This document shows, piece after piece, positions 10,977 to 20,414 of a stretch of 64,000 bases of DNA. Under the pieces are notes generated by a model, which saw nothing but the letters and a program-made list of their open reading frames with translations, ran no database searches and was not told where the DNA came from. The stretch's first letter is position 1. Each line of letters starts with the position of its first letter. Both the position numbers and the translations under genes were made by a program. Origin of the DNA: Opitutia bacterium (GTDB lineage Bacteria > Verrucomicrobiota > Verrucomicrobiia > Opitutales > Coraliomargaritaceae); the NCBI GenBank assembly GCA_029252625.1, contig JAQXBA010000021.1, positions 25,067-89,066 on the forward strand. Direction: 5' to 3'.

Positions 10977-12491
10977 TTAACTTAAATTTAAAAAGAAGGA
11001 TACAATCCCGAGAACGAACAGAGCCACCGCAATAAACAAGAGCGGACGCCAAGCAGTCCAAAAATCCTGCAACCCAGCTGAGTCAACTAGTTGCTTGTTG
11101 CGTGCAGCAGAACGACCGCGAATCTTGCCTTTCTTGAGAAAACCGTCGTAATGGCGCTGCAACAAATAAGTTTCGATTTGACGCATGGTATCAAGTAAGA
11201 CACCGACCGTAATTAGCATTCCAGTACCACCGAAGAACACGGCAACTGAGAACGGCACATTGTAAGTGAACAGAAGTATATCAGGGAACAAAGCGATCAC
11301 AGTCAAAGATAACGCCCCGAATAGAGTAAGGCGAGTCATGATGTGATCCAAGAACTTCGCAGTTGGCTCACCTGGACGAACACCTGGAATGTAACCGCCA
11401 TTCTTCTTCAAATCATCCGCGATCTGAACTGGTTTGAACATCATCGACACCCAGAAATAACTGAATACGAAAATTAATAAGCCGAAGACGAGGTAGTATG
11501 CCACCTCACCGCGACCGAGCGAATCAGCGACGTCGTTAAAGAAGCGCATTCCAGTCGCAGTCCCCAAGTAACTAAGGATCTGTGTCGGAAACATCAGAAT
11601 CGCAGAGGCAAAGATGACGGGCATAACACCTGCATAATTGACCTTGAGCGGCAAAAACGAGCTCTGCCCACCATAGACCTTACGGCCAACTACACGCTTG
11701 GCATACTGAACCGGGATCTTGCGCTGCGCTTGCGTAATCGCTACGAGTCCGGCAGTCACCGCAAATAATAGAAACAACATCAACACACCTTCAGGCACGC
11801 CAAGTGCGGCACTTTCAGAACCAACTGGCGCAACGAACATTTGATAAGCAGATGCAACCGCAGCGGGAAGCCCAGAGATAATACTAATGGTGATCAACAA
11901 AGAGATCCCATTACCAATGCCCTTCTCTGTAATCTGCTCACCGAGCCAAACCATGATCATGGAACCCGCAGTCAGGAAGATTGTGCCAGTAATCAGAAAC
12001 TGAACCTGACCAGCGATAACGACCGGACCATATGTCTCAGGGCTAAAACCTTGGCCAATGATGCTGCCCGGGTTGGTGCTGAGCGCAACCAAGAGAAGTA
12101 GACCTTGAACCACGCAAATACCGAGAGTCAGGTAGCGCGTGTATTGATTGATTTTCTGACGTCCTACATCCCCTTCTTGCTGCAAACGAGCAATGACAGG
12201 AAAAACAGCGCCGACCAACTGCATGATGATCGAAGCACTGATGTAAGGCATGATTCCCAGAGCAAAGACAGCACCATTCAGGAGCGCCCCACCGGTAAAC
12301 ATGTTGTAAAGACCTACAAGTCCACCGCTGGCCGATGCCTGATCCGCCATGAACTCGCGGATTGGACCGACATTCATCCCAGGCAACGGGATATTAGCCC
12401 CGACGCGTGCGATGAATAGCAACGCCAATGTGAAGAAAATCTTCTGGCGCAGCTCTGGGATCTTCAGAGAATTTGTGAAAGCAGATAGCAT
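10977..12491 (-). CDS. secY: Preprotein translocase SecY with an extra C-terminal hydrophobic segment
   Basis: ALGIMPYISASIIMQL, WLGEQITEKGIGNGISL, PLKVNYAGVMPVIFAS, YIPGVRPGEPT. Confidence 0.98.
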   Translation of the reverse strand: MLSAFTNSLKIPELRQKIFFTLALLFIARVGANIPLPGMNVGPIREFMADQASASGGLVGLYNMFTGGALLNGAVFALGIMPYISASIIMQLVGAVFPVIARLQQEGDVGRQKINQYTRYLTLGICVVQGLLLLVALSTNPGSIIGQGFSPETYGPVVIAGQVQFLITGTIFLTAGSMIMVWLGEQITEKGIGNGISLLITISIISGLPAAVASAYQMFVAPVGSESAALGVPEGVLMLFLLFAVTAGLVAITQAQRKIPVQYAKRVVGRKVYGGQSSFLPLKVNYAGVMPVIFASAILMFPTQILSYLGTATGMRFFNDVADSLGRGEVAYYLVFGLLIFVFSYFWVSMMFKPVQIADDLKKNGGYIPGVRPGEPTAKFLDHIMTRLTLFGALSLTVIALFPDILLFTYNVPFSVAVFFGGTGMLITVGVLLDTMRQIETYLLQRHYDGFLKKGKIRGRSAARNKQLVDSAGLQDFWTAWRPLLFIAVALFVLGIVSFFLNLS

Positions 12492-12532
12492 GTTTTGGTA
12501 ATTCTAAACGAACGATTAAAAGAATTCGCCGA

Positions 12533-13006
12533 TTAAGCCTCTTCCTTCGTTTCAGCTGCAACTGGTGCTGCCTCAACGATCTTGCCGCCAGCAGCCTCGA
12601 TAGCGCTCTTTGCAGAAGCGGATACTTTACAGACTGTTACCGTGTATGCTTTAGATACTTCACCGTCACCAAGTAGCTTAACGCCTTGCTTGTTGTCACG
12701 GATAAGACCGGCTGCGATCAAAGTTTCGCGAGAGACGACGTCTCCTTCGAGCTTTTCGAGCTGGCCAAGGTTCACTAACTGGTAGCTAACCTTGAAGTTG
12801 AAGTTATTGAAGCCACGACGTGGAAGTTTACGATAGAGTGGCATTTGGCCACCTTCGAAACCGATACGGATACCACCACCAGAACGAGCCTTTTGGCCCT
12901 TATGTCCCTTGCCGGATGTTTTACCGTGACCACTACCTTCACCTCGTCCAAGACGCTTAGTAGGATGGGTTGCCCCCTTGATTGTAGGAATGTTTTCGAG
13001 ATTCAT
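12533..13006 (-). CDS. rplO: 50S ribosomal protein L15
   Basis: RLGRGEGSGHGKTSGKGHKGQKARSG...FEGGQMPLYRKLPRRGF. Confidence 0.98.
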   Translation of the reverse strand: MNLENIPTIKGATHPTKRLGRGEGSGHGKTSGKGHKGQKARSGGGIRIGFEGGQMPLYRKLPRRGFNNFNFKVSYQLVNLGQLEKLEGDVVSRETLIAAGLIRDNKQGVKLLGDGEVSKAYTVTVCKVSASAKSAIEAAGGKIVEAAPVAAETKEEA

Positions 13007-13017
13007 TATAATAATCC

Positions 13018-13539
13018 TTATGCTTCAGCTTTATCACCAAAGCGGACGTTTTTAATTTCCTCGTTCGAACGGAGCTGCACCAGTGCTGCCATTGTCGCCT
13101 TGACCATTGCAAGGTGATTGTTCGAGCCGAGAGACTTGGAAAGAATGTTCTTGATGCCGACAGACTCAAGAACCGCGCGGCAACCGCCACCTGCGATCAC
13201 ACCTGTTCCGTCAGATGCCGGGCGAAGAAGAACTTTACCGCCGTCAGCTTCACCCAACACATGGTGTGGAATCGTGTCGCCGCGCAGCTTAATAGTAATC
13301 AGGTTCTTTTTGGCTTGTTCTGTGCCCTTACGGATCGCTTCAGGAACTTCCTTCGCTTTACCGTAACCGACTCCAACTTCACCTTTTTGATTACCCGTAA
13401 CCACAAGTGCCGAGAAACTGAAACGGCGTCCGCCCTTTACAACTTTAGCACAACGGTTGATGTGAACCACCTTTTCAACGTATTCTGGTGCTTCTTCTGG
13501 CTCGTTCTTCTGAGAGAATGATCTGTTTTGTCTGCTCAT
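13018..13539 (-). CDS. rpsE: 30S ribosomal protein S5
   Basis: [18 protein letters not shown]...[13 protein letters not shown]. Confidence 0.98.
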   Translation of the reverse strand: MSRQNRSFSQKNEPEEAPEYVEKVVHINRCAKVVKGGRRFSFSALVVTGNQKGEVGVGYGKAKEVPEAIRKGTEQAKKNLITIKLRGDTIPHHVLGEADGGKVLLRPASDGTGVIAGGGCRAVLESVGIKNILSKSLGSNNHLAMVKATMAALVQLRSNEEIKNVRFGDKAEA

Positions 13540-13548
13540 ATGGTAACC

Positions 13549-13902
13549 TTAGAATTGTAAACCACCTTCGCGGGCAGCTTCTGCAAATGATTTAACGCAA
13601 CCGTGGTAGCGACGACCGGAACGGTCAAAAACTACAGACTCAATGCCTGCCGCTCTTGCCTTCTCAGCAACTGTCTTACCGAGTGCGACTGCACCTTCAG
13701 CGTTTGCTTTAAGAGTTGAATCTTTAGTAAGCGATGTAACATAGACCATTGTATGGCCTTTTACATCATCGATACATTGCGCATAGATGTGCTTGTTAGA
13801 GAATGTGACCGCGAGACGAGGACGCTCGGCAGTGCCGTTGACCTTCTTGCGGATGCGCCACTTCCGGCGCTGTAAAAGAGATTTTTTCTTATCGAGTTTC
13901 AT
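13549..13902 (-). CDS. rplR: 50S ribosomal protein L18
   Basis: GTAERPRLAV...VVFDRSGRRYHG...AREGGLQF. Confidence 0.98.
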   Translation of the reverse strand: MKLDKKKSLLQRRKWRIRKKVNGTAERPRLAVTFSNKHIYAQCIDDVKGHTMVYVTSLTKDSTLKANAEGAVALGKTVAEKARAAGIESVVFDRSGRRYHGCVKSFAEAAREGGLQF

Positions 13903-13918
13903 GTTATGTGTGCCTCAA

Positions 13919-14455
13919 TTAAGCGGATTTCTTACCCTCCTTACGACGAACGTATTTGCCGACGATATGTACACCCTTGCCCTTATAAGGCTCGGCTGGG
14001 TAGTAATTAAAGATAGTCGCAGTAATTTCGCCAACCATGTGCTTATCAGCACCTTCAATTGTTAGCTTTGTATTTTCAGCGATTTTAACGGTGATGCCTT
14101 CTGGAATAGTCAGGAGGCACGGGTGTGAGTAACCAAGTGCAAGGTCAAGAACGTTGCCCGTGAGGACAGCACGAAAGCCGACGCCCTTTAGAACAATCTC
14201 TTTCTTATAGCCTTCAACAACGCCGATCACCATGTTGTTAATAATGGAACGGACAGTGCCGAACATTGCTTTAGCGTGACGGCTGCTGTCAGCAGGAGTC
14301 ACTTTGATTTCATTATCGACCAACTCGATGTTCGTAGAACGATCGAAAGTCTTTTCAAGTTTACCCTTAGGGCCTTCGACGCGGACAGTCTGACCATCAA
14401 TGGTCACAGATGCCTTATCAAGGACGGGGATAGGAAGTTTACCAATTCTGCTCAT
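13919..14455 (-). CDS. rplF: 50S ribosomal protein L6
   Basis: MSRIGKLPI...GVGFRA...AEPYKGKGV. Confidence 0.98.
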   Translation of the reverse strand: MSRIGKLPIPVLDKASVTIDGQTVRVEGPKGKLEKTFDRSTNIELVDNEIKVTPADSSRHAKAMFGTVRSIINNMVIGVVEGYKKEIVLKGVGFRAVLTGNVLDLALGYSHPCLLTIPEGITVKIAENTKLTIEGADKHMVGEITATIFNYYPAEPYKGKGVHIVGKYVRRKEGKKSA

Positions 14456-14473
14456 TGTAGTAGTCTCAGTATA

Positions 14474-14872
14474 TTACCAAACCTTGCAGAGCACTTCACC
14501 GCCAACACCCAATTCACGGGCATCGCGGGCGCGCACTACGCCTTTGGAAGTTGTAAGGATTGCAACACCTAGGCCACCAAGAACACGAGGGATCTCAGTT
14601 GCACCGTAGTAGAGGCGACGACCTGGCTTGCTGTGACGCTCGATGCCAGTGATAGCGGGCGTGTTATCGATGAACTTCAGAGTCAGTTCGATGGTCTTGA
14701 AACCGCGCGCATCTTTGCCTTCCGTGAAATCACGGATGTAGCCTTCTTGTTTGAGGATCGCTGCAATAGCAGCGCGCATTTTGGAGTGCTGCGTAATGCA
14801 AACATCCTTGCGACCGGAGCTACCGTTGCGAATGATGGTGAGGAAATCACCGATTGTGTCGTGAACTGCCAT
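14474..14872 (-). CDS. rpsH: 30S ribosomal protein S8
   Basis: DTIGDFLTIIRN...SKPGRRLY...GLGVAILTTSKG...GGEVLCKVW. Confidence 0.98.
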   Translation of the reverse strand: MAVHDTIGDFLTIIRNGSSGRKDVCITQHSKMRAAIAAILKQEGYIRDFTEGKDARGFKTIELTLKFIDNTPAITGIERHSKPGRRLYYGATEIPRVLGGLGVAILTTSKGVVRARDARELGVGGEVLCKVW

Positions 14873-14917
14873 AGTCTAACTAATGGGTTTTCAGTGGGTG
14901 TATTGAGCCTTGGAGAA

Positions 14918-15223
14918 TTACCAAGATGATTTTGTCACACCAGGAATCTTGCCTTGTGTAGCAAGCTCGCGGAATGTGAGACGAGAGAGACCGAACTTAC
15001 CGATGTAAGCACGTGGACGTCCGGTGACTGAGCAACGGTTGCGAGCACGGATCGGTGAGCTGTTCTTGGGAAGCTTAGTAAGCTTTGCTTGCGCCTTGTA
15101 GAACTCCTCATCTGGAGTTTCAGGGTTCGCGAGGATTGCTTTAAGACTTGCACGCTTAGCAGCGAACTTCTCAATGAGACGGACGCGCTTGAGGTTACGT
15201 TGGATTGCTGATTTTTTAGCCAT
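14918..15223 (-). CDS. rpsN: 30S ribosomal protein S14, long Zn-independent form
   Basis: 101 aa. [12 protein letters not shown]...[11 protein letters not shown] retains only one of the four Zn-ribbon Cys positions. Confidence 0.97.
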   Translation of the reverse strand: MAKKSAIQRNLKRVRLIEKFAAKRASLKAILANPETPDEEFYKAQAKLTKLPKNSSPIRARNRCSVTGRPRAYIGKFGLSRLTFRELATQGKIPGVTKSSW

Positions 15224-15238
15224 GAGGAATTTGTTCTG

Positions 15239-15823
15239 TTATGCTTGAGCTGCTTCCGCCTCTGCGGCTTCAGTTTCAGTACTTGTCTTACGAAACGGCA
15301 TGCCAAAGAGAGCGAGGAGCTCGCGACCTTCTTCATCATTCTTTGCACTCGTGTTAATACAAATATCCATGCCAATTGTAGCGGTCGTGCCGTCCGAACT
15401 CACTTCAGGGAAGATTGAATGATCGGACACGCCTAGAGTGTAGTTGCCTTGACCGTCAAGCTTTGCAGGAACGCCACGAAAGTCGCGAATCGCTGGAAGT
15501 GATACCTGAATTAAGCGATTAAGGAACTCATACATGGCACGGCCGCGAAGAGTTACTTTGACGCCAATCGGCTGTCCTTCACGAAGCTTGAAATTCGAGA
15601 TACTGAGCTTTGCTTTAGTGGTAACAGGACGTTGACCAGCGATTTTACCGATCTCCTGGTTGACGTATAGAATGTGGTTCTTGTCGTCAGTGGCACTAAA
15701 GCCTGAATTGATGACGATCTTTTTGATTGAAGGAACCTGGTGCTTATTAGCGTAACCGAACTTCTTTGTGAGTTCAGGAACAACCTTTTCGGCGTATTGT
15801 GTTTTAAGTGCTGGTGATTGCAT
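15239..15823 (-). CDS. rplE: 50S ribosomal protein L5
   Basis: IAGQRPVTTKAKLSISNFKLREG...LPAIRDFRG...DGQGNYTLG. Confidence 0.98.
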   Translation of the reverse strand: MQSPALKTQYAEKVVPELTKKFGYANKHQVPSIKKIVINSGFSATDDKNHILYVNQEIGKIAGQRPVTTKAKLSISNFKLREGQPIGVKVTLRGRAMYEFLNRLIQVSLPAIRDFRGVPAKLDGQGNYTLGVSDHSIFPEVSSDGTTATIGMDICINTSAKNDEEGRELLALFGMPFRKTSTETEAAEAEAAQA

Positions 15824-15897
15824 CGGAATTAAGCCGGATTTCTATCCCGGCTAGGTTTTTTAATGGATTGACGATGTGATTTTGAAAAAAGGGCGTG

Positions 15898-15925
15898 AAA
15901 ATGAGACATTTACTCAACCTGGCAA
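15898..15925 (-). promoter_or_regulatory. Candidate internal sigma70-type promoter in front of rplE
   Basis: Minus strand reads TTGCCA-N16-CATTTT inside an unusually long (110-nt) rplX-rplE spacer. The -10 hexamer is the same as at the tRNA-Thr promoter. Confidence 0.4.
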
Positions 15926-15933
15926 GCTTCCTT

Positions 15934-16176
15934 TTACTTAGTCTTCGCGTCGAATTTCTCAGCCAACACTACATTAGAGTAATGAATCGGAGTTTCGCGC
16001 TCAACAGAACCGCCTTCGGGATTCTCTTGAGACTTAGGGAGAAATTTAGTGATTTGGTTAACGCCCTCGATCACGACGCTCTCGCCTGCTTTCACAGAGA
16101 GAACTTTACCGCGCTTGCCCTTGTGGGAGCCTGAGATGACGACAACTTCTTGTTCGCGTTTAATTGCTTTAGCCAT
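15934..16176 (-). CDS. rplX: 50S ribosomal protein L24 (short, 80 aa)
   Basis: VVVISGSHKGKRGKV (KOW motif)...EGVN...ETPIHYSNV, located after rplN. Confidence 0.95.
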   Translation of the reverse strand: MAKAIKREQEVVVISGSHKGKRGKVLSVKAGESVVIEGVNQITKFLPKSQENPEGGSVERETPIHYSNVVLAEKFDAKTK

Positions 16177-16178
16177 GA

Positions 16179-16541
16179 TTAAAGAACCTCCGGAGCTAGA
16201 GAGATGATTTTCATATATTTCGCACGAAGCTCACGAGCAACGGGTCCGAAAATACGTGTGCCTTTTGGGTTACCATCCGGCGTAAGAATAACAACTGCGT
16301 TGTTATCAAAACGAAGGTAGCTTCCATCACCGCGACGAATTGGAGCTTTTGTGCGTACTACTACAGCACGAACAACTTCACCCTTTTTAACGGACGAGTC
16401 TGTGGATGCGACCTTGATATTACAGACGATTACGTCTCCAACGTCAGCAGTACGCTTGTTTTGTCCAAGGCGACGGATCATCTCCGCTTCCTTGGCACCT
16501 GTGTTATCCGCGATAAAAACGCGGCTGTTCATCTGAATCAT
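16179..16541 (-). CDS. rplN: 50S ribosomal protein L14
   Basis: ADNTGAK...RFDNNAVVI...[12 protein letters not shown]...SLAPEVL. Confidence 0.98.
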   Translation of the reverse strand: MIQMNSRVFIADNTGAKEAEMIRRLGQNKRTADVGDVIVCNIKVASTDSSVKKGEVVRAVVVRTKAPIRRGDGSYLRFDNNAVVILTPDGNPKGTRIFGPVARELRAKYMKIISLAPEVL

Positions 16542-16584
16542 ATCTAAATCTCCGTTATACGGTTAAAAATAATAAACTTAGAGC

Positions 16585-16863
16585 TTATGCTTCGTCGCCA
16601 ACCTTCGGTGCTCTTTCGAGAACCTTAGTGACGCGCCAGCGCTTGAGCTTGCTAAGTGGACGTGTTTCCATGATCTCAACCTTGTCACCAAGAGAGCAGT
16701 CATTAGTTTCGTCATGCACATGAACCACTGTCTTACGCTTAATTTCCTTACGGTAAAGCGGATGTGGAATCTTATAGAGGTAAGTGACTTTGATTGTCTT
16801 GTCACCGGAACGACTAGTTACGGTTCCAATCAGGGACTTACGGGAATTGCGTGTTGCTTCCAT
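16585..16863 (-). CDS. rpsQ: 30S ribosomal protein S17
   Basis: HPLYRKEIKRKTVVHVHDE...GDKVEIMETRPLSKLKRW. Confidence 0.98.
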   Translation of the reverse strand: MEATRNSRKSLIGTVTSRSGDKTIKVTYLYKIPHPLYRKEIKRKTVVHVHDETNDCSLGDKVEIMETRPLSKLKRWRVTKVLERAPKVGDEA

Positions 16864-16884
16864 AGTATATGTCGTCTGTTAAGA

Positions 16885-17091
16885 TTAAGCAGAGGCCGCA
16901 GCCAACTTCTTCTCTTTAAGAATGGTTTCGAGGCGCGCGATTTCGCGACGCAGTTGAGTGAATTCGTGCGGGCGTTCAACCTGACCAGTCTGCTTGCGCA
17001 GACGAAGGTTAACGTGTGCATCGTGCGTGTCGCGTAGCTTCTTTTCGATTTCGACTTCGGACATTTCGCGGATATCTTTTGTGGTGCTCAT
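16885..17091 (-). CDS. rpmC: 50S ribosomal protein L29
   Basis: LRLRKQTGQVERPHEFTQLRREIARLETI, in the expected operon position. Confidence 0.95.
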   Translation of the reverse strand: MSTTKDIREMSEVEIEKKLRDTHDAHVNLRLRKQTGQVERPHEFTQLRREIARLETILKEKKLAAASA

Positions 17092-17119
17092 ATTAAATGA
17101 TTCCTGGAGTAATATTTTG

Positions 17120-17539
17120 TTACGCGGAGTCTTCGCGAGTAACGAAGCGGCAGTGGAACGGAAGCTTGGTGTCAGCTAGGCGAAGTGCTTCTTGAGCAGC
17201 AGTCTGGGTGCAGCCTGCGATTTCGAAAAGCATGGTACCGGGGCGGATCACAGCGACCCACTTCTCAACAGAACCCTTACCTTTACCCATACGAGTTTCA
17301 GCTGGCTTTTTTGTTACCGGTTTATGTGGAAAAACGCGGATCCAAACTTTACCCTTACGCTTGAGGCTACGTGTCATAGCAACACGAGCAGCTTCAATTT
17401 GCTGGGAAGTCATACGACCGCGAGTGAGTGATTGGATACCGAACTCGCCGAAAGCGAGGGAATTACACGACTGGGCTGTTCCGTAGATGCGGCCAGTGTG
17501 AACCTTACGGTATTTTGTGCGTGATGGAAGATATGCCAT
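17120..17539 (-). CDS. rplP: 50S ribosomal protein L16
   Basis: [10 protein letters not shown]...[27 protein letters not shown]. Confidence 0.98.
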   Translation of the reverse strand: MAYLPSRTKYRKVHTGRIYGTAQSCNSLAFGEFGIQSLTRGRMTSQQIEAARVAMTRSLKRKGKVWIRVFPHKPVTKKPAETRMGKGKGSVEKWVAVIRPGTMLFEIAGCTQTAAQEALRLADTKLPFHCRFVTREDSA

Positions 17540-17585
17540 GGTTCGCTCAGTTTAATAGGTTAAAAATTGTCTAGGTGACGTGTGA

Positions 17586-18218
17586 TTACGCTTCCTCTTC
17601 TTCAGAAAGACAGATCCAGCATTTCACGCCGATGATACCATAGACTGTGCTTGCTTCGCTGAAGCCGTAGTTAATGTTGGCGCGAAGTGTCTGAAGCGGC
17701 ACCTTGCCTTGATGCTGACGCTCTGTGCGAGCGATATCAGCCCCACCGAGACGACCACCACATTGGATTCGGATACCTTCCGCACCCATTGCCATTGTAG
17801 TCTGAACAGCGCGCTTCATCGCACGGCGGAAAGCGATACGGCGCTCAAGTTGAAGTGCTACGTTCTCAGCAACAAGCTGCGCAGAGAGGTCTGGACGCTT
17901 CACTTCTTGAATGTCGAGCATGATCTCCTGCTTGACGACCTTGTTGAGGCCTTCCTTCAGTTTGTCGAGCTCTGCACCTTTACGGCCGATGACAACACCA
18001 GGACGTGAAGTGAAGATCTTCACACGGATACGGCCAGAGGCGCGCTCAATAAAGATACGAGGCACGGATGCATAACGCAGCTTGCCCGTAAGGAATTTAC
18101 GGATTTCGTAGTCTTCTTTAATGAAGCCTGGAAAATCTTGCTTAGATGCATACCAGCGTGAGTCCCAGTCACGGGTTACTGCAAGGCGGAAGCCGGTTGG
18201 ATGAACTTTCTGTCCCAT
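17586..18218 (-). CDS. rpsC: 30S ribosomal protein S3
   Basis: MGQKVHPTGFRL...RPGVVIGRKG...GRLGGADIAR...GKVPLQTLRANI. Confidence 0.98.
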   Translation of the reverse strand: MGQKVHPTGFRLAVTRDWDSRWYASKQDFPGFIKEDYEIRKFLTGKLRYASVPRIFIERASGRIRVKIFTSRPGVVIGRKGAELDKLKEGLNKVVKQEIMLDIQEVKRPDLSAQLVAENVALQLERRIAFRRAMKRAVQTTMAMGAEGIRIQCGGRLGGADIARTERQHQGKVPLQTLRANINYGFSEASTVYGIIGVKCWICLSEEEEA

Positions 18219-18241
18219 AATAAAATCGGTGTCGTGTTAGC

Positions 18242-18577
18242 TTAGGCTTCGTCGGTAAGGACGATACGAATGTTGCTGGTAGCCTTTTTGTAAGGATGCG
18301 CAGAGCCGCGAGCGGCAGGGCGGAAACGCTTGAACGTAGGACCTTGCTCAACGATTGCAGACTCAACAGTGAGTGCATCCGATGATAGGTTGTTATTGTT
18401 TTCCGCGTTGGCGATTGCCGACTGAAGCGTTTTGCTTACGAGGCGAGCCGACTTGCGCGGGATGAAGCGCAAAATTTCGACTGCTTCGGCAGCATTACGG
18501 CCTTGGATGGCACGAGTGATATCGCGTACCTTGCGGGGCGACATACGGGCGTATTTGGTATAGGCTTGGACCTGCAT
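18242..18577 (-). CDS. rplV: 50S ribosomal protein L22
   Basis: RMSPRKVR...LQSAIANAENN...GPTFKRFRPAARG. Confidence 0.98.
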   Translation of the reverse strand: MQVQAYTKYARMSPRKVRDITRAIQGRNAAEAVEILRFIPRKSARLVSKTLQSAIANAENNNNLSSDALTVESAIVEQGPTFKRFRPAARGSAHPYKKATSNIRIVLTDEA

Positions 18578-18582
18578 GAGAT

Positions 18583-18957
18583 TCAGCTGTTTTGAAGTGT
18601 TTTTACGCGGGCAATGTCTCCCGCTTGAATGGTGGAGTCGTCGACCAACTCTAGGATAAGTCCTGCTGAGCGGTCGCTTCGTGATTCGATAATAATCAAT
18701 TCGCCGATCGATTGTGTACCGCGATTAATGCGGCATTTCATTCCAAGGCGCATACCTTGCTCGAGTCCGCCGTCAAGAATGACAACATCTGCGGCAAAGC
18801 TAGGGACCACTGTCGAGACGGTGGCTGCGTTTGGGCTATAGATCGACTCTTTGACGAAAGCGGGAACTTCCGCTCGCACAACACACCCTGCAAGCAGCGC
18901 TCCGAGAAGGAACAGGCTAGCGAGCTTTGAGCGGCGTTGTGTGGACAGAAGGTGCAT
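18583..18957 (-). CDS. Hypothetical exported protein or lipoprotein (FlgT C-terminal-like beta domain) embedded in the S10 operon
   Basis: 124 aa that fills the rpsS-rplV gap exactly (20 nt and 5 nt spacers). It has a basic n-region, a hydrophobic h-region and an LAGC lipobox. The C-terminal VVILDGGLEQG...IGELIIIES pattern resembles FlgT_C-type domains. Confidence 0.7.
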   Translation of the reverse strand: MHLLSTQRRSKLASLFLLGALLAGCVVRAEVPAFVKESIYSPNAATVSTVVPSFAADVVILDGGLEQGMRLGMKCRINRGTQSIGELIIIESRSDRSAGLILELVDDSTIQAGDIARVKTLQNS

Positions 18958-18977
18958 GACGTAAATAAGAGGTTTAC

Positions 18978-19241
18978 TTATTTGCTGGCTTGGTGGCCCT
19001 TGAACGTGCGAGTTGGCGAGAACTCACCGAGCTTGTGGCCAACCATGTTCTCAGTCACATAGACGGGCAGGAAGCTGCGACCGTTATGAACGTTGAGGTT
19101 GAGACCTACGAAGTCAGGAGTGATCGTCGAACGACGAGACCAAGTTTGGATCGGCTTGCGATCGTTGTTGGCCTGAGCCGCACTTACCTTTTTGGCAAGA
19201 TGTGGATCAACAAAGAAACCTTTTTTAATGGAACGAGACAT
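18978..19241 (-). CDS. rpsS: 30S ribosomal protein S19
   Basis: [12 protein letters not shown]...TWSRRSTI...[15 protein letters not shown]. Confidence 0.98.
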   Translation of the reverse strand: MSRSIKKGFFVDPHLAKKVSAAQANNDRKPIQTWSRRSTITPDFVGLNLNVHNGRSFLPVYVTENMVGHKLGEFSPTRTFKGHQASK

Positions 19242-19256
19242 AGCTAAAAGAGTTTA

Positions 19257-20102
19257 TTATTTTTTCTTGAGCTGACGACCGTTACGGCGAACGAGAATCT
19301 GCGAGTTGGTTGGGTTAGCCTTCTTACGAGTTGGAAAGCCCTTCGAGAGCTGGCCCCAAGGAGACTGCGGGTGGCCACCACCAGAAGTGCGGCCTTCACC
19401 ACCACCCATAGGGTGATCGACAGGATTCATCGCAACACCACGAACCCGTGGGCGACGTCCGAGCCAGCGATTTCGACCAGCCTTACCGAGGCTTTGGCTG
19501 CCGTGCTCGTGATTGCCAACCTCACCAATCGTTGCGCGGCACCGAGAGTTAAGGAAGCGAATTTCACCAGAAGGAAGCTTCACAGTCGCACGATCGCCAT
19601 CAATAGAGATGAGCTGTGCGGATTGACCGGCAGAACGAGCAATTTGAGCGCCGCGACCTGGGTGCAATTCGATTGCGTGAATCTTAGTTGCTGGTGGGAT
19701 TACCGCTAAAGGCATACTGAAGCCGGGAGAGAACTCGACGCGTTCGCTTGCATTTATCAGCATATCACCAGCCTTCACACCGCGAGGTGCGAGGATATAG
19801 CGCTTTTCACCATCCGCATAAGCGAGTAGAGCGATGTTGGCCGTGCGATTCGGGTCATACTCGATCGCCTGCACGTTCGCGGGGATGTCCAACTTATCGC
19901 GACGGAAGTCGATGATGCGGTAAGCACGCTTGTGACCACCACCCCGACGACGAGAAGTGATGCGGCCGTAGCAATTACGCCCCTTCTTCTTGTGGTTGTA
20001 AGTCGTGAGCTGACGCTCGGGCTTTTTCTTGGAGACGTCCGCCTTGTTTCGGATAAGGAAACGAGTGCCTGGAGTCAAAGGTCTGGATTTTATAAGTGCC
20101 AT
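19257..20102 (-). CDS. rplB: 50S ribosomal protein L2
   Basis: [14 protein letters not shown]...[32 protein letters not shown]. Confidence 0.99.
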   Translation of the reverse strand: MALIKSRPLTPGTRFLIRNKADVSKKKPERQLTTYNHKKKGRNCYGRITSRRRGGGHKRAYRIIDFRRDKLDIPANVQAIEYDPNRTANIALLAYADGEKRYILAPRGVKAGDMLINASERVEFSPGFSMPLAVIPPATKIHAIELHPGRGAQIARSAGQSAQLISIDGDRATVKLPSGEIRFLNSRCRATIGEVGNHEHGSQSLGKAGRNRWLGRRPRVRGVAMNPVDHPMGGGEGRTSGGGHPQSPWGQLSKGFPTRKKANPTNSQILVRRNGRQLKKK

Positions 20103-20123
20103 GATATTTAGGTCTCCTTCGTC

Positions 20124-20414
20124 TTAGACGAGTTCGATCTTATCTCCTTCCTTAAGGCTAACAATGGCCAACTTTAGGCCACCTTTAGTGCCAGGACGGC
20201 CACCGCGAGAGCGGTCTGTCTTAGCTTTGGGCTTTCTGTTAAGAATGTTTACGTTGGTTACTGAGACACTGAATACTTTTTCCACTGCACGAGCGACTTC
20301 CTTGCGGTTAGAGCGAGGATTCACTTCGAAAGTGTATTGGTTCAAGTTCGCGGCAAGATTTGCTGCTTTTTCAGTAACGCGGAATTCGCGTAGAATTGTA
20401 TTTGCAATAATCAT
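20124..20414 (-). CDS. rplW: 50S ribosomal protein L23
   Basis: VTEKA...QYTFEV...AVEKVFSVSVTNVN...AIVSLKEGDKIE. Overlaps the rplD stop by 1 nt (TAATG). Confidence 0.96.
   Translation of the reverse strand: MIIANTILREFRVTEKAANLAANLNQYTFEVNPRSNRKEVARAVEKVFSVSVTNVNILNRKPKAKTDRSRGGRPGTKGGLKLAIVSLKEGDKIELV

Noticed and set aside
15934-16176. Truncated L24 as a pseudogene
   Set aside because: The KOW core and the PIHxSNV motif are intact with a clean stop; a short but plausible functional form.
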